DNA from: Strigamia acuminata
Lineage: Eukaryota
Direction of reading: 5' to 3'
NCBI GenBank assembly: GCA_949358305.1
Contig: OX442314.1
Location: 8,990,001-9,054,000, forward strand
DNA length: 64,000 nucleotides
Every line of letters starts with the position of its first letter. Positions within the stretch are counted from its first letter, which is position 1. The notes below the pieces were generated by a model, which worked only from the letters and a program-made list of their open reading frames with translations, was not told the origin of the DNA and did no database searches. The position numbers were made by a program, and so were the translations under genes. Shown piece after piece: positions 13,402 to 25,013 of this stretch.

Positions 13402-14344
13402 CACTCTTGTGAGTGGTGGACGGTTGTCTCATGCCAGGGGAGGGCCGTGGAACTATTGGACACCATTTACGATGCAAACACACCACAAAGAACACACAGT
13501 TTAGGATTAATACTATTTATTGCCGTGGTTGTCTAGGGGTTAGTATGTCCATCGTGTTATCGCCTTGGTTGTTGGGTTGCCCTTCAGCAACCCAACCCAG
13601 ACCAACCGCTGACCACGTGGCCGAGGGCCACATGGGCAGCGTGGTCGGTTCGTCTAATGCCACGCCATGCCTTGCGGCACGGCCCGACGGGTCGGCTCAA
13701 GTCCCTTCGAACTTGAGGGTGACCTCGACAGTTATTGACATTGCCTTTTCTGTCGTCGTCTCCTTCATCGTAGCAACGCGACCAGACACTCTCGTGGCTG
13801 GTGTTGTTCTGTCCCTCGTGGTCAGTCCGGACCTAGTAGGGACCTTGCAGAATCCGACGGTACGCCGTAAGAGCTGCTGAGGATCCTCTCTTTACGGTTG
13901 CCAGTGCCGACTGGCGGTGGCCAGTTGGTCACACTCTTGTCAACTCCAAGAAGAGCCCACTTCCATTGGCCTAATCTAATTACTACTAATTGTAGACTGT
14001 GAGCTGCCATCAGGAAAAGTAGTTTCATATTTATTTAATTTCTGCGAGTGTTGATGATGATTAAAATGACATACTTTTAATTGTATTTTAGAATAAAATG
14101 TGTTGTCAATTTATGAAATATACTTTTATGCTATTTTTATGTAGATATACGTGTTTGTTCCGTTTATTGGTTGCTTTGCCAGGAAAGCACACAACTTTTG
14201 ATTTTTTGATCGGTTATTTTGTCTGGAGAACAATCAAAATGTCGTCAATTAAATTCTGGTGTTTGGCTCCTTTTTTTGTGTCACTGCACAAGTGAAAAGG
14301 CTCAGCCAATGAGAGTGGGGCTCTTCTTGAAGTTGACAAGAGTA
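13402..14344. mobile_element. TA-flanked MITE whose left TIR is split by a solo LTR
   Basis: cactcttgtcaactccaagaagagcccac (reconstructed by removing the LTR) versus gtggggctcttcttgaagttgacaagagta. Confidence 0.7.
13408..13933. mobile_element. Solo LTR, family C
   Basis: TGTGA...TCACA termini; 4-bp TSD CTCT at 13404-13407 and 13934-13937; GC-richer than the flanks. Confidence 0.8.
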
Positions 14345-14855
14345 TAGGTTGTTATGTTGTAAGTTTTAAAAATATTATTTTCCCAATAACTAATTTTGAA
14401 CTTTTATCTTGTTAACCGTCAGGCCCGATTAAATGCTGGGTTTCATATTGCCGCCGGGTGGGTCGGCTGAAATAAAATATAAACGCCCGGGCGTTTAGAC
14501 GAGGCAGTACCGTAACCTTCAAGCAGGCTTTGCTGCATTAGTAAAGAGCGCTTCAGTTAATAGGTTTTGGCTTTTACCAGTAGTTTAAAACCACCACCAG
14601 ATGATTCAAGCATTTTTTTTTATTGTTTACATATTGCGCCCTCTATAAAATCAGTTACAAACTAAAAACAAACTAAATCGCGCTTTAACCAATTGACCTG
14701 AAAATTGTCCTTAAATGCGTAATGCCTTATACCAATAGGGATACATTTTACACTTATGCCTCCTCCGGTTAAGTGTCAACGTAGACAATCCCAATAATTT
14801 TGAATTGTCTCAAACATGAAAAAAAAAGAAAATCTTAGAAGTTTGTCCAGAGCAG

Positions 14856-16075
14856 TTAAAGATATTTAAGATATTTCTTTATGAAGATAAAATCATAAAC
14901 ATTCTTTTCCAACGTGATGTAGCCCATTGTTTTCATGAAAGCTTCTAGTTCCTCGGGTTTTTTGTTGTTGTAATGTTCTACTGCAAAAACATTGATGTTG
15001 ACCTTTTGAAAGGGAATGGTCTTCAACACTGGCAACTCAAATCCTTCAACGTCCAGCACGAAGTAATCGATGTTCGTGAGATTTGCAGCATTCAACAAGG
15101 AATACACTGGGAAACAGTCAACCAGATACGAACCTGAATATGTAACGTTATTTTCTCCCAATTTACTCTGCATCCCGTTTGAAGTCAAAGTCATCTGTAA
15201 AACACAAATCATCGTTATGCGCATTCAAATTTCAGTTTTTTCTGTTTTTAGTGTTTCGGGAAACAGAATGGAGACCGAAAACAGCCATAAAATATCCTCA
15301 AAAAATGCATAAATATACTCCAAACCGATACAACGTGGTCCTAACTCCTATTGGTTGAGCCGGATTACGCCTAACTGTGGACTATGCTCTACTACGCGTG
15401 AAAAGTAGTTCTGTTTATTTTCAATGAATTTCAGTGTAAAAAGTGACTAGAATTGTTTCTACTGTTTACAGAAACACAACAAATTATTTAAACAGAAACT
15501 TTATGTGGTCCCGATTGCATATTAACAAACTACAGGCGTTTCAGGAATCTTTGCGGCCAGGAGTGACTAATACATCTACCGGAATGATTAACGCAGGAAG
15601 GGCAAGTTCTGCTCAAATTGCGCTCACCTCGCTTTAACTGGGTCAAACAAAGCAAAACAAGCGAAACAAATCAAACTAACACCCAGCACACAGACGATAA
15701 ATTCAAATTTTCATGGCCGTTCAAACTATTGATGCATTAGTCATTCCTGGCCAGGAAATAAGCACAGGGATTCCTGAAGCGTCTGCTGAATTTTGGCTGG
15801 ACAATTGGCGATAAGTTTTGTAAGTCCAAGTAGAGTTCAATTGCATATAAACTATACAGTATGATGTTTGTTATTACTTTTTCTGTTTTATTGTGAGGGC
15901 TAAGACAAGCCTGCATCATGTAGGATTTACGATTCGAAAGCACCAACGAATAGAATTGAACAGGATGCGGTTCCACGAGAAGTCCTGTCCAGCCTAGATA
16001 TCGTTCGAGGTAGATGGTCATTGAATGAGACTCCGGGTGGTATGCACCAGCTTCAAAAAAAATCCCATTTTTTTT
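14856..16075 (-). pseudogene. FkbM copy D: near-identical duplicate of copy A exons 3 (16075-15878) and 4 (15194-14856); exons 1-2 displaced by the nested insertions
   Basis: Exons and intron 3 match copy A at a constant offset of 11921 bp with few substitutions; intron 2 is interrupted by the LTR at 16580. Confidence 0.85.
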
Positions 16076-16220
16076 CTAATTTGATAAAACAATTTATATA
16101 AATTGCAAGAATAGCTGATAAATCTTTGTTAAATTTCAATAAAATCTGAGAAATTATTGATAAATTTAAAATTTTATGAAATTTTAAGAAATATCAAGAA
16201 ATATCAAGAAACATCAAGAA

Positions 16221-16579
16221 ATTTCAATAAATATCAAGAAATTTCAATAAATATCAAGAAATTTCAATAAATATCAAGAAATTTCAATAAATATCAAGAA
16301 ATTTCAATAAATATCAAGAAATTTCAATAAATATCAAGAAATTTCAATAAATATCAAGAAATTTCAATAAATATCAAGAAATTTCAATAAATATCAAGAA
16401 ATTTCAATAAATATCAAGAAATTTCAATAAATATCAAGAAATTTCAATAAATATCAAGAAATTTCAATAAATATCAAGAAATTTCAATAAATATCAAGAA
16501 ATTTCAATAAATATCAAGAAATTTCAATAAATATCAAGAAATTTCAATAAATATCAAGAAATTTCAATAAATATCAAGA
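16221..16579. repeat. Perfect 20-bp minisatellite (atttcaataaatatcaagaa)n
   Basis: About 18 identical copies, ending exactly at the LTR boundary. Confidence 0.97.
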
Positions 16580-17711
16580 TGTGATGGATCGCGAGTCTAG
16601 GTGGTTTAGAAGCGTTTGAAAGACGCCGCGAAACAGTAAATTCACACACCCTGGTAGTTTCGTACCTGCCGTAAATCGAATGTGCGCAGGAAGTGGCAGC
16701 TAACACACTCTCAGATACTGTGCACCACACTAATATTTATTTGTGGCCGGGTATCCCGAGCTGTAAAACTCGGGGACAGAATGTCCGGTAGTCGCGTCTG
16801 AACCAAAACCCAACGCGTGACCCGCCAACAATCGTGTTTTCACACGAAGGCAAACGAATGCACGTCTCGTAGTGGCTCATAAGCAACCCCAAACTGTCGA
16901 GTTTGAACGAGGATGGGCGATTTACTCGTGCTTATACAACGCACGGGCCCTAAACCCAACTCTAAACCTGACTTAATGCTTAATTAAAGCTAAAGCCCGA
17001 ATGGCAGGCGGCTAAACTAAGCTAAACGCACGCGCAAGCGAAATGAAAGACACAAACTTCGAACTTATGGCCAACAAATCCTGTTTGGCCTTGGATAACG
17101 CGTCACGGCGATAAAACATGAACAAAAAGGAGCAGGAAAACAAATGGTGAACGAGTGGTGTAAAACCGTGAGTTAACACGCGAAATGAAATGAAAGCCTG
17201 AAACCGTGTTGCAGAATTCCAGGGCGAATGCAAAGCTACAAGTGAGCTTCGGAGTTAAACCTCAGCCATGAGCACCGGCTCCAAAGGAGCACCTACGCGT
17301 TTGGGATACTGAGATCAACTGAAGAAAAAGAGGAAAAATAGGGTGAGAGGTAAACTTGGACTCAACCAAGCTTGACCAATCACGGAAGAGTCAAGAGCCA
17401 ATCACCACTGTCGGTGCATACTGATGAGTATGACTGATGACGACGCGTGATGACCAGAATAGATATGCAAAGAAGTTTGCATCCAAATCATAAACGAAAG
17501 AGAAAAAACTAGGAGTAGATAAGAGAAAAGTGAGAGAATGAAGAGAAAGTTAGGAGTGAGTAAGGGATAAGATAGATAGAAAATGAGGAAAACTCACGAA
17601 TGAACATAAACAATACAACAACACAAGGTAAAGACAAATTAAGGTTTAATACAACACAAACACGGGTTAACAATGCGTAAACTATACGCGTAGGAAACAC
17701 GGGCCGTGACA
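16580..17711 (-). mobile_element. 3' LTR of Gypsy-like element A
   Basis: TGT...ACA termini; homolog of solo LTR 1510-2605; adjacent cgccccc (minus-strand G-rich PPT) at 17712; integrase upstream on the minus strand. Confidence 0.92.
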
Positions 17712-18327
17712 CGCCCCCACAGCCAGAGTTTTATTACTCTGTTTGATGAAGTAATGAAACGATACAATCAATCAACATCAAAAACATAATCAATCGCAAC
17801 ATTAGCGAACTTAAACAAAATCTAGAATAAACGAATCAAAGTCAGAAATAAACATGATGCAAATTAAAACATTCGCGTGAGACGCGTTAAAATATACACT
17901 CAAATCTCAAAAAGGTAATCTTACACTTTGAAAATCTAAAACTAACACAAAAATACTTAGCCACGCAATCCTTGACTGCTGGAAACTCCGAACTCACTGC
18001 ATCCATCCGCACACCCGTGAGGAAAGAATTTAAGGGGTCATCTCCACCGGCCTATGATTACCGGAGGAGGAATGAAGCATCTCTCGGGCACGCGGATAGC
18101 TGCAGCAAGCCTCGGAAAACACTAAAAAACAAACAAAAATAAATTAAATATCACAGTCGGGTAAAAAGCAATGTTAACAAATATCACTGGAAATGCTAAA
18201 CACAAACAATAAAATTAAACACGCGTTTGAAGGGAGTCTCATCCAAACAAACACAAAACTGCGCACAAAACAAAAGTCACGTTCATGAGTCCACACTAAA
18301 AGTCACTTTCGGTTGCACTAGTCACTA

Positions 18328-19380
18328 TCACTGGCACCGTCCGGGAACACAATCTGGAAGAGTTCTCCCTTCAGTAGCACCACACGATACACAGGGGTGT
18401 CCTCCATTTGCTGTTCCGTCTTGGGATGATATCGCGTCAAGACGTCCGCGATAAGGGGTGATTCCTGCTGCATTTTCCGATGTTCTTACGCGTTGTTTCC
18501 GTTCCTTATCGAAATTGATGCAAATGGATCGAACTTCAGTCTGGAACTTGACCACGCGTGCAGAAATGTCGTCCAAATCTTCTTGGGGAATGTCCTCATC
18601 AATTTCCAGCTCAGAATCTAATTCTTCGTGATCCCCTAGCCCCTTAACCATGCTGGAGACATCGGAAACTTCAATTTCCGGTTCCTCAGCCTGGTACCAA
18701 TGGCGAAGATCCGACACATGAATAGGTTGGGAAATTTTCCCGTCTTGGTCCATCAGGAGCACGGTATTTGGTCCCAGGAGTCGATGAATCATATAAACCC
18801 CTTCAGTTCGGTGTTGGAAACCCGAACTTATTTGTTTATCAGTTGATGACAAAACACGACTTTTGACGGTGACCCAGTCCCCAGGTTTAAACGTATGGGG
18901 CAGCCTTTTTCGGTCATACCAACGCTTATGGCGTAGATGTGCGGCATCCAGATTTTTCCTCGCCTCCTCACGGATGCGTAATAAGTATCGATGAAGAAAA
19001 CGCGATTCATCTGGCGGTAAGGGTTCTCCGTCGTCAGTGTCAGAGTCGACATCTCCTGGAAAACGTGCTTCTTGTCCTGTGACCATCATGTAAGGTGAAA
19101 ATTTGAGTGAGGTCTGATAAGCAGTATTAATTGCTAAAATGAAAGAACCAATGTGCTTATCCCAACGCGTATGTTCGTCTATATACGCGAGGATGCACGT
19201 TTTTAAAGATTGATTCAGTCTTTCCGCCAAGTTCCCTTGCGGATGATAGGCGGAAATATATTTATTTACCATTCCCATTTCGGCGCACTGTGCCTGGAAC
19301 TTGGCAGAGCGAAAGGTTGGGGCGTTATCACTTATTATAGTTTTTGGATAAGCCCATCTATAAGTGAACTCTTTAAGTTG
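18328..19380 (-). CDS. Gypsy-like integrase, C-terminal part (element A), interrupted at 19380 by element B
   Basis: IISDNA...YHPQGNLAERLN, WD, SPY, and a GPY/F-like TEGVYMIHRLLGPNT motif; acidic, Cys-containing C-terminal extension. Confidence 0.9.
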   Translation of the reverse strand, partial: QLKEFTYRWAYPKTIISDNAPTFRSAKFQAQCAEMGMVNKYISAYHPQGNLAERLNQSLKTCILAYIDEHTRWDKHIGSFILAINTAYQTSLKFSPYMMVTGQEARFPGDVDSDTDDGEPLPPDESRFLHRYLLRIREEARKNLDAAHLRHKRWYDRKRLPHTFKPGDWVTVKSRVLSSTDKQISSGFQHRTEGVYMIHRLLGPNTVLLMDQDGKISQPIHVSDLRHWYQAEEPEIEVSDVSSMVKGLGDHEELDSELEIDEDIPQEDLDDISARVVKFQTEVRSICINFDKERKQRVRTSENAAGITPYRGRLDAISSQDGTANGGHPCVSCGATEGRTLPDCVPGRCQ

Positions 19381-20052
19381 TGTTACGAATCAACTTAGAT
19401 GTTTAATTGATTTGATCTGAATTTACGCGCAAGGTGATGTTAGCGCAAATCAGCGGGCAAAGTTCGTAGATTTACTCTGTTTGTGCCATCGTCATATGCG
19501 GATATCGGACGGTGAATAAACCTAACTCGCTGTAACACACATTATTTATATTCGACGGGCTCAATCTCACGTTGTGGGTCTTTACGTTTAAAAAGAATGA
19601 GTATGCGCAGTGATATTCGTATGCGGGTGGGCATAGGATGTCACAGGCATGCGAAGGGATAAAAGGTGGGCAAAAAGAGGCGCTATTAAGTGTTAAATTA
19701 GAAGGGGCGCGTGTTAAAGCGCAAAATAAAGATTGACAAACTCAATTCAATCTAAGAGGTGTTAACTCGTTGAAAGAGGTATGAGAAGTGTGGATTATGG
19801 ATAAAAGTAGCGACCAGGTAAACATGAGTCATGTGACCAGGTCGATTGGAGTGGGTGAGGGGGTGGAAGGTATAAAATAAGGTTAATTGTTGGAAATAAT
19901 AAGATGCGCGCAATGAGGCTGCGCATATATTTAGAGATGATTCATCAATGTTAGATGAAAAGAAAGATTGGGAAAAAATAAGAAAACTTAAGATTGGGTC
20001 AGTCTAAGTTAGAAATGAATAAAAAAGAAGGGTGGGTAACCTGCCCGTGACA
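19381..20052 (-). mobile_element. 3' LTR of Gypsy-like element B, nested in the integrase of element A
   Basis: TGTTAC...GTGACA termini; PPT (tccctcccccctt on +) at 20053-20065; related to solo LTR 11731-12404. Confidence 0.92.
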
Positions 20053-21933
20053 TCCCTCCCCCCTTAGGCTTTTATTATTCGAGATTTATCGAAGAGAATA
20101 AAAGGATAAGAGACAAGGAAAGTCATACAATAATAATGCGCTATGCGCAAAAACTATACAAATTCTCAAAAAATAAATTAAATAAATTAAACAACAAAAA
20201 AGAATGATGCGCGTCTGCGCAAAGACTTAACAACTTTGTCAAAAATAATGCACGTGGTGCAAAAACTTAACAACTTTGTCAAAATAATAAACAAAAGTTA
20301 AACAATACCAAATTAAATATCAAAAATCAATTAGATTATTAGAGACAGAGAATTAATAAATCACCATGGCTTTTGAAAATAAATTTAAACTAAGATTTTT
20401 GTAAAGTCACAATGGTAAATTTTAAATCATTCTACTCGAAATCACAAGACGAACAGGGACGACACAAGGAGGGCGAACACTAAACCTAAAGGGGCCGACG
20501 ATACCTAGGACGGACGAGAGTCTATACACTTTACCCAAACAATTTATAAAATAAAAATTTTAAACACTTTTACTTTTTTGTATAAACAAACTTCTGCTTT
20601 CTGTATAAAAATCATCGAATAAACAATTTTAAATTAAACAAAAATAAAGAGCCGACACATGAGAATTATCAAGAATCAGGTTGGGATTTATTAATATCAA
20701 ATTGGGTATTTATGTTATGGTAGGATGCGCGTAATTGCGCAAAACAAATACAAAATAAAGGTAAGGTACAAAATTATGCAACCTGCATAAGGTAAGTATG
20801 ATTTCAGATTAATTAGGAACTTTTAAATGGATGCGCGAAACTTTGCGCAAGGATAATTTAGGTTATTAATTCTATGAATGAAATGGAAAATAGAAACATA
20901 TAAAATATTATAAAACATAACAAATACCCGCGCGCACAATACTACTCGTATTGCCACGGAATTAAATATGTTGATCAGAAAATATCACAAAATTAAATGA
21001 AGGGTCAAAAAAGTATCACAATAATCTTGATTAAATGCTAAATATCCATAGAAAAAACATTCATTAAATAAATGAAAACATTGAATACTGACTTGAATCA
21101 TTCCAGAATAATTGCGCTAAAAATAACAATGGAAATAAAAATTAAACGAAATTAAATTCCTAAGCTTCGGAAGAAATTATCATAATTAAATGAAGATAAT
21201 TCTGGAATGATTATAGCACAAAAAAAATATCAAAATCATTAAACTAGAATAAATATTTCAATAATATGACTAGAAAATTATCGAAATCATAATTGCACTT
21301 AAATAAAATATAATTGTAGTACTAAAAATCTAATTGTCCGATTCTAAAGCACTAAAAACGTAAAAATAATTAAATAAAAATATAAATTATCAGTGAGGAT
21401 TATCACAATAGAAAACTTGCGCAAAAATAATAACATTTATGATGAAACACTAATAATAATTATTTGTTCTTCAAATCGACACATTACCGCTGCCCAAGCT
21501 CGTTCCATCAAGTCCTCCAACTCGAGAGATGTTTTACGGAGCGCCTCATCAATGGAATCGCATGGCGGAACGGAAAAATGATGAAGATTTAAAGATGATA
21601 AAGTTTTGTGGATACCATGTAGATATTGGAATGCAGGCCGGCCCAAACTCAACGCACAAATGCGGAGATGTTTTATTAGGGCATTTACCAGAGATCCACG
21701 ATCTGGCGGCGCATTTTGGACACAATTAGAGATGAAAATATGATGAAAACACAAAATAATGATGAATGGTAGGTTGAAGTGCGCACAAAGTCTTCGCAAA
21801 TCACCAGGATCCTCGTATCAAGTCCTTCAACTCAACGCCGAAGCGGAGGAATTTTACGAAACGCCCATTGATGTGATCTCCTGACTTCAATTTGCAAAAA
21901 ACTTGCGCACAAAGTCACGTTTAGGATTGTTGT

Positions 21934-24276
21934 TCACTCGAATTCCAAGGTTTGACGATGTTGAGGATCTCGGAAATAGATTAACATATTAAATGCCACT
22001 TCTACCACAACACGTCGCGCATCTTGGAATGTACGTGCGCCCTGCCGATTTATTTCGAAAAGACAGTGAGCTAAAAAATATTCTCCATACCTTCGGTAGA
22101 GAAGATGCAACAGCGGATCAGCCTCCGAACGAAACATATGCAAGTCCGCAATGGCTAAAGATCGGAAAAGCTGTCGCTGAGCCCGAATCGACATATCAAA
22201 TTGGAGACATCCTTGTTCTCCCTCAGCAAAATTACAACGAATCGTGGTGGGAGGCATCAAGCTTGGAAGAAGTTCCAAAGTTATGAATGGTTGGGTTGCA
22301 TCCCACTCACCTCGTCTTGTGCGGGGGGCAGGAGGCAGGAACACGTATCGATAGACAGTCGAACACCGTATTTCGCGCAATTCGGCTAAGCGGGTCCGTT
22401 CCCGTCGTCGTTTAAACTCATCCTCACTAGCCTCCTCCACTGCTCGTCTATCTGCCCAATGTCGCTCGCCGAGCCGTTCTATCTCCATCTCATATCTTCG
22501 CATATATTCCAGATTTCGTCGCTCGTCGCCTCCCCTTCTATCTACGTGATGTCGGTCGGCGAGTTGTTTCCTCTCCATTTCATACCTTCTTCGGTATTCC
22601 GGATTTTGTCGTTCGTCGCCTCCCTCACGTTGCTCACGTCGCCTTAGAACCTGGTGAAGCACTTGGGAGACCTCCTCATGCATTACCCATATTAATAACT
22701 CCAGCGCATTTACGCGGTCGTAAAGGTCACATTGACTCAAGCGATGCTGAATCTGGTTGGACATGGTACGTATGCGTAGAAGCATTTCGTTAAATACTTC
22801 TTGAAAATCGGCTTGTAGGATATTAAAATCACGGTCCATCATAAAATTTATCAAAGTTATCCAACCTCGACGCTCCATATAGAATCTGGATGGTGAGGAA
22901 TGCACATCTTGCGCATATACATTTACCTCATATCGGTTCAATAATTCGTAAATAACTTCAAACGTATGCACCGGTTTTGTGCTAATTCCAGACCTGTCTG
23001 TGAATAAATCACAATGAGTAGCTGACGTAGTTGTTGATGTACCATCGCCCAGCTGGGGTTGCGCTGATTCTAGATGCGACCCTGTCAAGTATAGTCGATC
23101 AGAAATAGTTACTGTGCTGTTAGAGGGTATAGTTGCGCTGGTGTTTCCCGGGGGTGCATTTGGTACAACTCGAAAATGAGATATAAGGACAGGAATTTTG
23201 GATTTTTGCGAAGTCTCACGAGGTACAATCTTTACTGTTGCTCGCCTACTCAGTTCACCTGAGACTGGTCTTCTGGTTGGGGATTGTGGCAAATTGACTG
23301 TACGCGGATCCCTTGCTTTCTTCTCAGGTCCTTGCGCATTTATAACTTGATCAGGAGGTGTCTCGATGATTACCTCATTGATTGATCCTAATAATGGCGG
23401 AGTAGTACTCAACTCGGATCCACAGTCTCGCACTGGCGGCGTGCTGGCCCGTTCCCGCTCAATCTCCTCGTTTTCCTGTTCTATCCTTCCGTCTGATACT
23501 GCACTGTCGCATTCACAACATAAATTCAAAGTCAAATCCGGGGATGCAGGTGTCAGGCTAGGTTGCGCTTCAAACCGCGACGAGGCGCTTGCAAATAACG
23601 CATCATCGTCACCACTGCTCCAGCTATCATCAGATTCGACTGGCAAATCCGACAAATGCGCAACAGCCCGCGCAATAGCCTCTTGAACCTGGTGTACATT
23701 ACCATCGAGGGTTTCCTGAAGAGATGAAATAACTTCTCGTCCCATTATTGCACGTGTCGACGACTGCTCACGATGTAATGGGTCCTCAGCCGGTGAATCA
23801 AGAAGTTGGGCGATGTTGGTACCAGGGTAAATCCATTGTCGAAGATTAATATGACTTGTCTGCGCCAATCGTCGCGCACGCTGCCAATACCAGCGGTGTA
23901 CCGTCTCAAATCGCAGAATTGAAGCCGGACTTCCGTTGAGCGACCTAAACGGCGGAAACGTAACGCCGCCAATATTTATGTTGTCTTGCCTGCGTCGACG
24001 TAACACCCATCCAAAAATCTGTCTCATCCAAACCGCGAATAAATCCCTCGGCAAGTCGCCATTCCCGTTGCACGCTCGACAGGTGAGAGCGGCTCGCGGC
24101 GGGTCCTCCTCCATACCATGGCCTGAGCAGACCGGGCATATCTCGTGGCTCGGAAAACCCGTACCGAATGCTTCTACAAAGGGTTCCTCGTCCCGATTGG
24201 AAGCCATGTTGGTTTCAATATTCGTTGGGAATATAATGCGCCTAAGTTGGTGGAGGCAATGCTTATATAAATACAC
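21934..24276 (-). CDS. Accessory ORF of element B (about 780 aa) between integrase and 3' LTR; function unknown
   Basis: Long open frame in the same sense as the integrase; two CxxCxGxG motifs (CPVCSGHG, CRACNGNG); R/E-rich repeated helical segment; no RT or env motifs seen. Confidence 0.75.
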   Translation of the reverse strand: MYLYKHCLHQLRRIIFPTNIETNMASNRDEEPFVEAFGTGFPSHEICPVCSGHGMEEDPPRAALTCRACNGNGDLPRDLFAVWMRQIFGWVLRRRRQDNINIGGVTFPPFRSLNGSPASILRFETVHRWYWQRARRLAQTSHINLRQWIYPGTNIAQLLDSPAEDPLHREQSSTRAIMGREVISSLQETLDGNVHQVQEAIARAVAHLSDLPVESDDSWSSGDDDALFASASSRFEAQPSLTPASPDLTLNLCCECDSAVSDGRIEQENEEIERERASTPPVRDCGSELSTTPPLLGSINEVIIETPPDQVINAQGPEKKARDPRTVNLPQSPTRRPVSGELSRRATVKIVPRETSQKSKIPVLISHFRVVPNAPPGNTSATIPSNSTVTISDRLYLTGSHLESAQPQLGDGTSTTTSATHCDLFTDRSGISTKPVHTFEVIYELLNRYEVNVYAQDVHSSPSRFYMERRGWITLINFMMDRDFNILQADFQEVFNEMLLRIRTMSNQIQHRLSQCDLYDRVNALELLIWVMHEEVSQVLHQVLRRREQREGGDERQNPEYRRRYEMERKQLADRHHVDRRGGDERRNLEYMRRYEMEIERLGERHWADRRAVEEASEDEFKRRRERTRLAELREIRCSTVYRYVFLPPAPRTRRGEWDATQPFITLELLPSLMPPTTIRCNFAEGEQGCLQFDMSIRAQRQLFRSLAIADLHMFRSEADPLLHLLYRRYGEYFLAHCLFEINRQGARTFQDARRVVVEVAFNMLIYFRDPQHRQTLEFE

Positions 24277-25013
24277 AGAACAAATAATACGCTTGACAAA
24301 CGATACTCACAATTATCAAGCGCAACAACACGAACGCGCACAGAACGAAACAAACAACGAGGACTAAAGAATATTCCTAGGAATGTAACGAGTCGTAAAA
24401 CTTTGCTTCGAGAAGCTTCGATGAACGATTGAAAACTCGCACATGTAATAAAGTCGGGTTCGAGGTTAAACACTAACTAATTGCAATTGAAGGGCGACAT
24501 TCCGTGTTGGAATTCGGAAGTTAACGAAGGTTGTCTTCGCTCAAAACTCTTGTTTTAAAGTGATTAAATAAGGATGGTGAGATAAACAAGTAATAATTCA
24601 GAACACAGAATATTAATTTAAATAAAGTGCGCATAAATTATATTGATTGAATAATTTAAATGAATTGTGGAAATAGCCACGTGCTATTGTTTAGAGGTTA
24701 ATTGGCGTCGCGCACTCTGGTGACACAAATAGTCCCTGATTGAAATGGACTTAGCCATTTTCGAGTGACCGAATATGAACATAAAATACATAACACAAAA
24801 CATTAAATATAAAATATAAAGAAAACATAAAATAACATAAAACATAAAAATTAGGATGAATAAATTTAAAATAAAGGGAAAAATAGTTTTTAAACAAAAT
24901 AGGTAGTAAAGATAGATTTACACCGGATTACACTTGGTTTTTTTTTTTTTTTTTTGTTGTTTCGTTTGTGTTTTCCCTTTTTTTTTTTATTTAGCTTAAA
25001 AAATAGAAGAAAA

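Larger units (their letters stand above)
12599..14512. mobile_element. Non-autonomous TA-flanked (Tc1/mariner/pogo-like) DNA element hosting nested insertions
   Basis: TIRs gtactgcctcatttaaacgcccgggcgttt / aaacgcccgggcgtttagacgaggcagtac, with TA on each side. Confidence 0.6.
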
